A DNA stretch of 24,295 nt from a virus (taxonomy: Duplodnaviria > Caudoviricetes). Positions 24,187 through 24,295 of this stretch are shown in pieces (position 1 is the stretch's first letter; every line of letters begins with the position of its first letter). The position numbers and the translations under genes were made by a program. Below the pieces are notes generated by a model. It worked only from the letters and a program-made list of their open reading frames with translations. It searched no databases and was not told the origin of the DNA. The stretch spans positions 1 through 24,295 of the IMG/VR virus record IMGVR_UViG_3300034272_001710; one strand, written 5' to 3'.

Positions 24187-24295
24187 TAGCTAATCCTTTT
24201 GTTGAGAGCGTGTTTGGCCATGCGATCCACTTGCTGCTCACTGTCTTGTTCTTGTTCTGGCTTGCCTGCTTGTGGGGCAGCACTCCTGCCACTGA
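24186..24295 (-). CDS. 3' end of an upstream hypothetical gene (partial)
   Basis: ...SGRSAAPQAGKPEQEQDSEQVDRMAKHALNKRIS*; its TAA overlaps the next ATG (TAATG). Confidence 0.6.
   Translation of the reverse strand, partial: SGRSAAPQAGKPEQEQDSEQQVDRMAKHALNKRIS

Noticed and set aside
1-24295. Stop-codon reassignment
   Set aside because: Conserved genes are full length under the standard code, and TAA, TGA and TAG all occur at plausible gene ends.

Overview
The window looks like part of a large T4-like or jumbo dsDNA phage genome. Nearly all genes are on the minus strand and use the standard code. T4-type late promoters ((T)ATAAATA) and sigma70-like early promoters are both present. The host is plausibly an alphaproteobacterium (inference from the tmRNA architecture and tag and the YccA sequence). 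From left to right it contains: (1) a type IIA topoisomerase operon whose large (GyrB/ParE/gp39+60-like) subunit is fractured in the TOPRIM EGD|SA motif by a naturally split intein, with a free-standing nuclease gene between the halves and a GIY-YIG gene before the small subunit; (2) yccA/BI-1; (3) a circularly permuted two-piece tmRNA gene (tag ANDNGNLALAA) between two convergent GIY-YIG endonuclease genes; (4) a small secreted protein, an unknown helical protein, an amidoligase and a glutaredoxin; (5) class Ia RNR nrdA (contiguous mini-intein at the catalytic Cys) and nrdB, followed by another GIY-YIG gene; (6) a beta-helix tail protein, a PD-(D/E)XK exonuclease, purK and a Gly-rich repeat virion protein. 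The most striking items are the split-intein topoisomerase (atypical IntN with an internal duplication, all-acidic IntC), the permuted tmRNA with a 5-nt intervening segment and a candidate promoter inside an endonuclease ORF, and the recurring late-promoter/RBS-sequestering structures on the five endonuclease genes. All calls come from reading motifs by eye; no searches were run.
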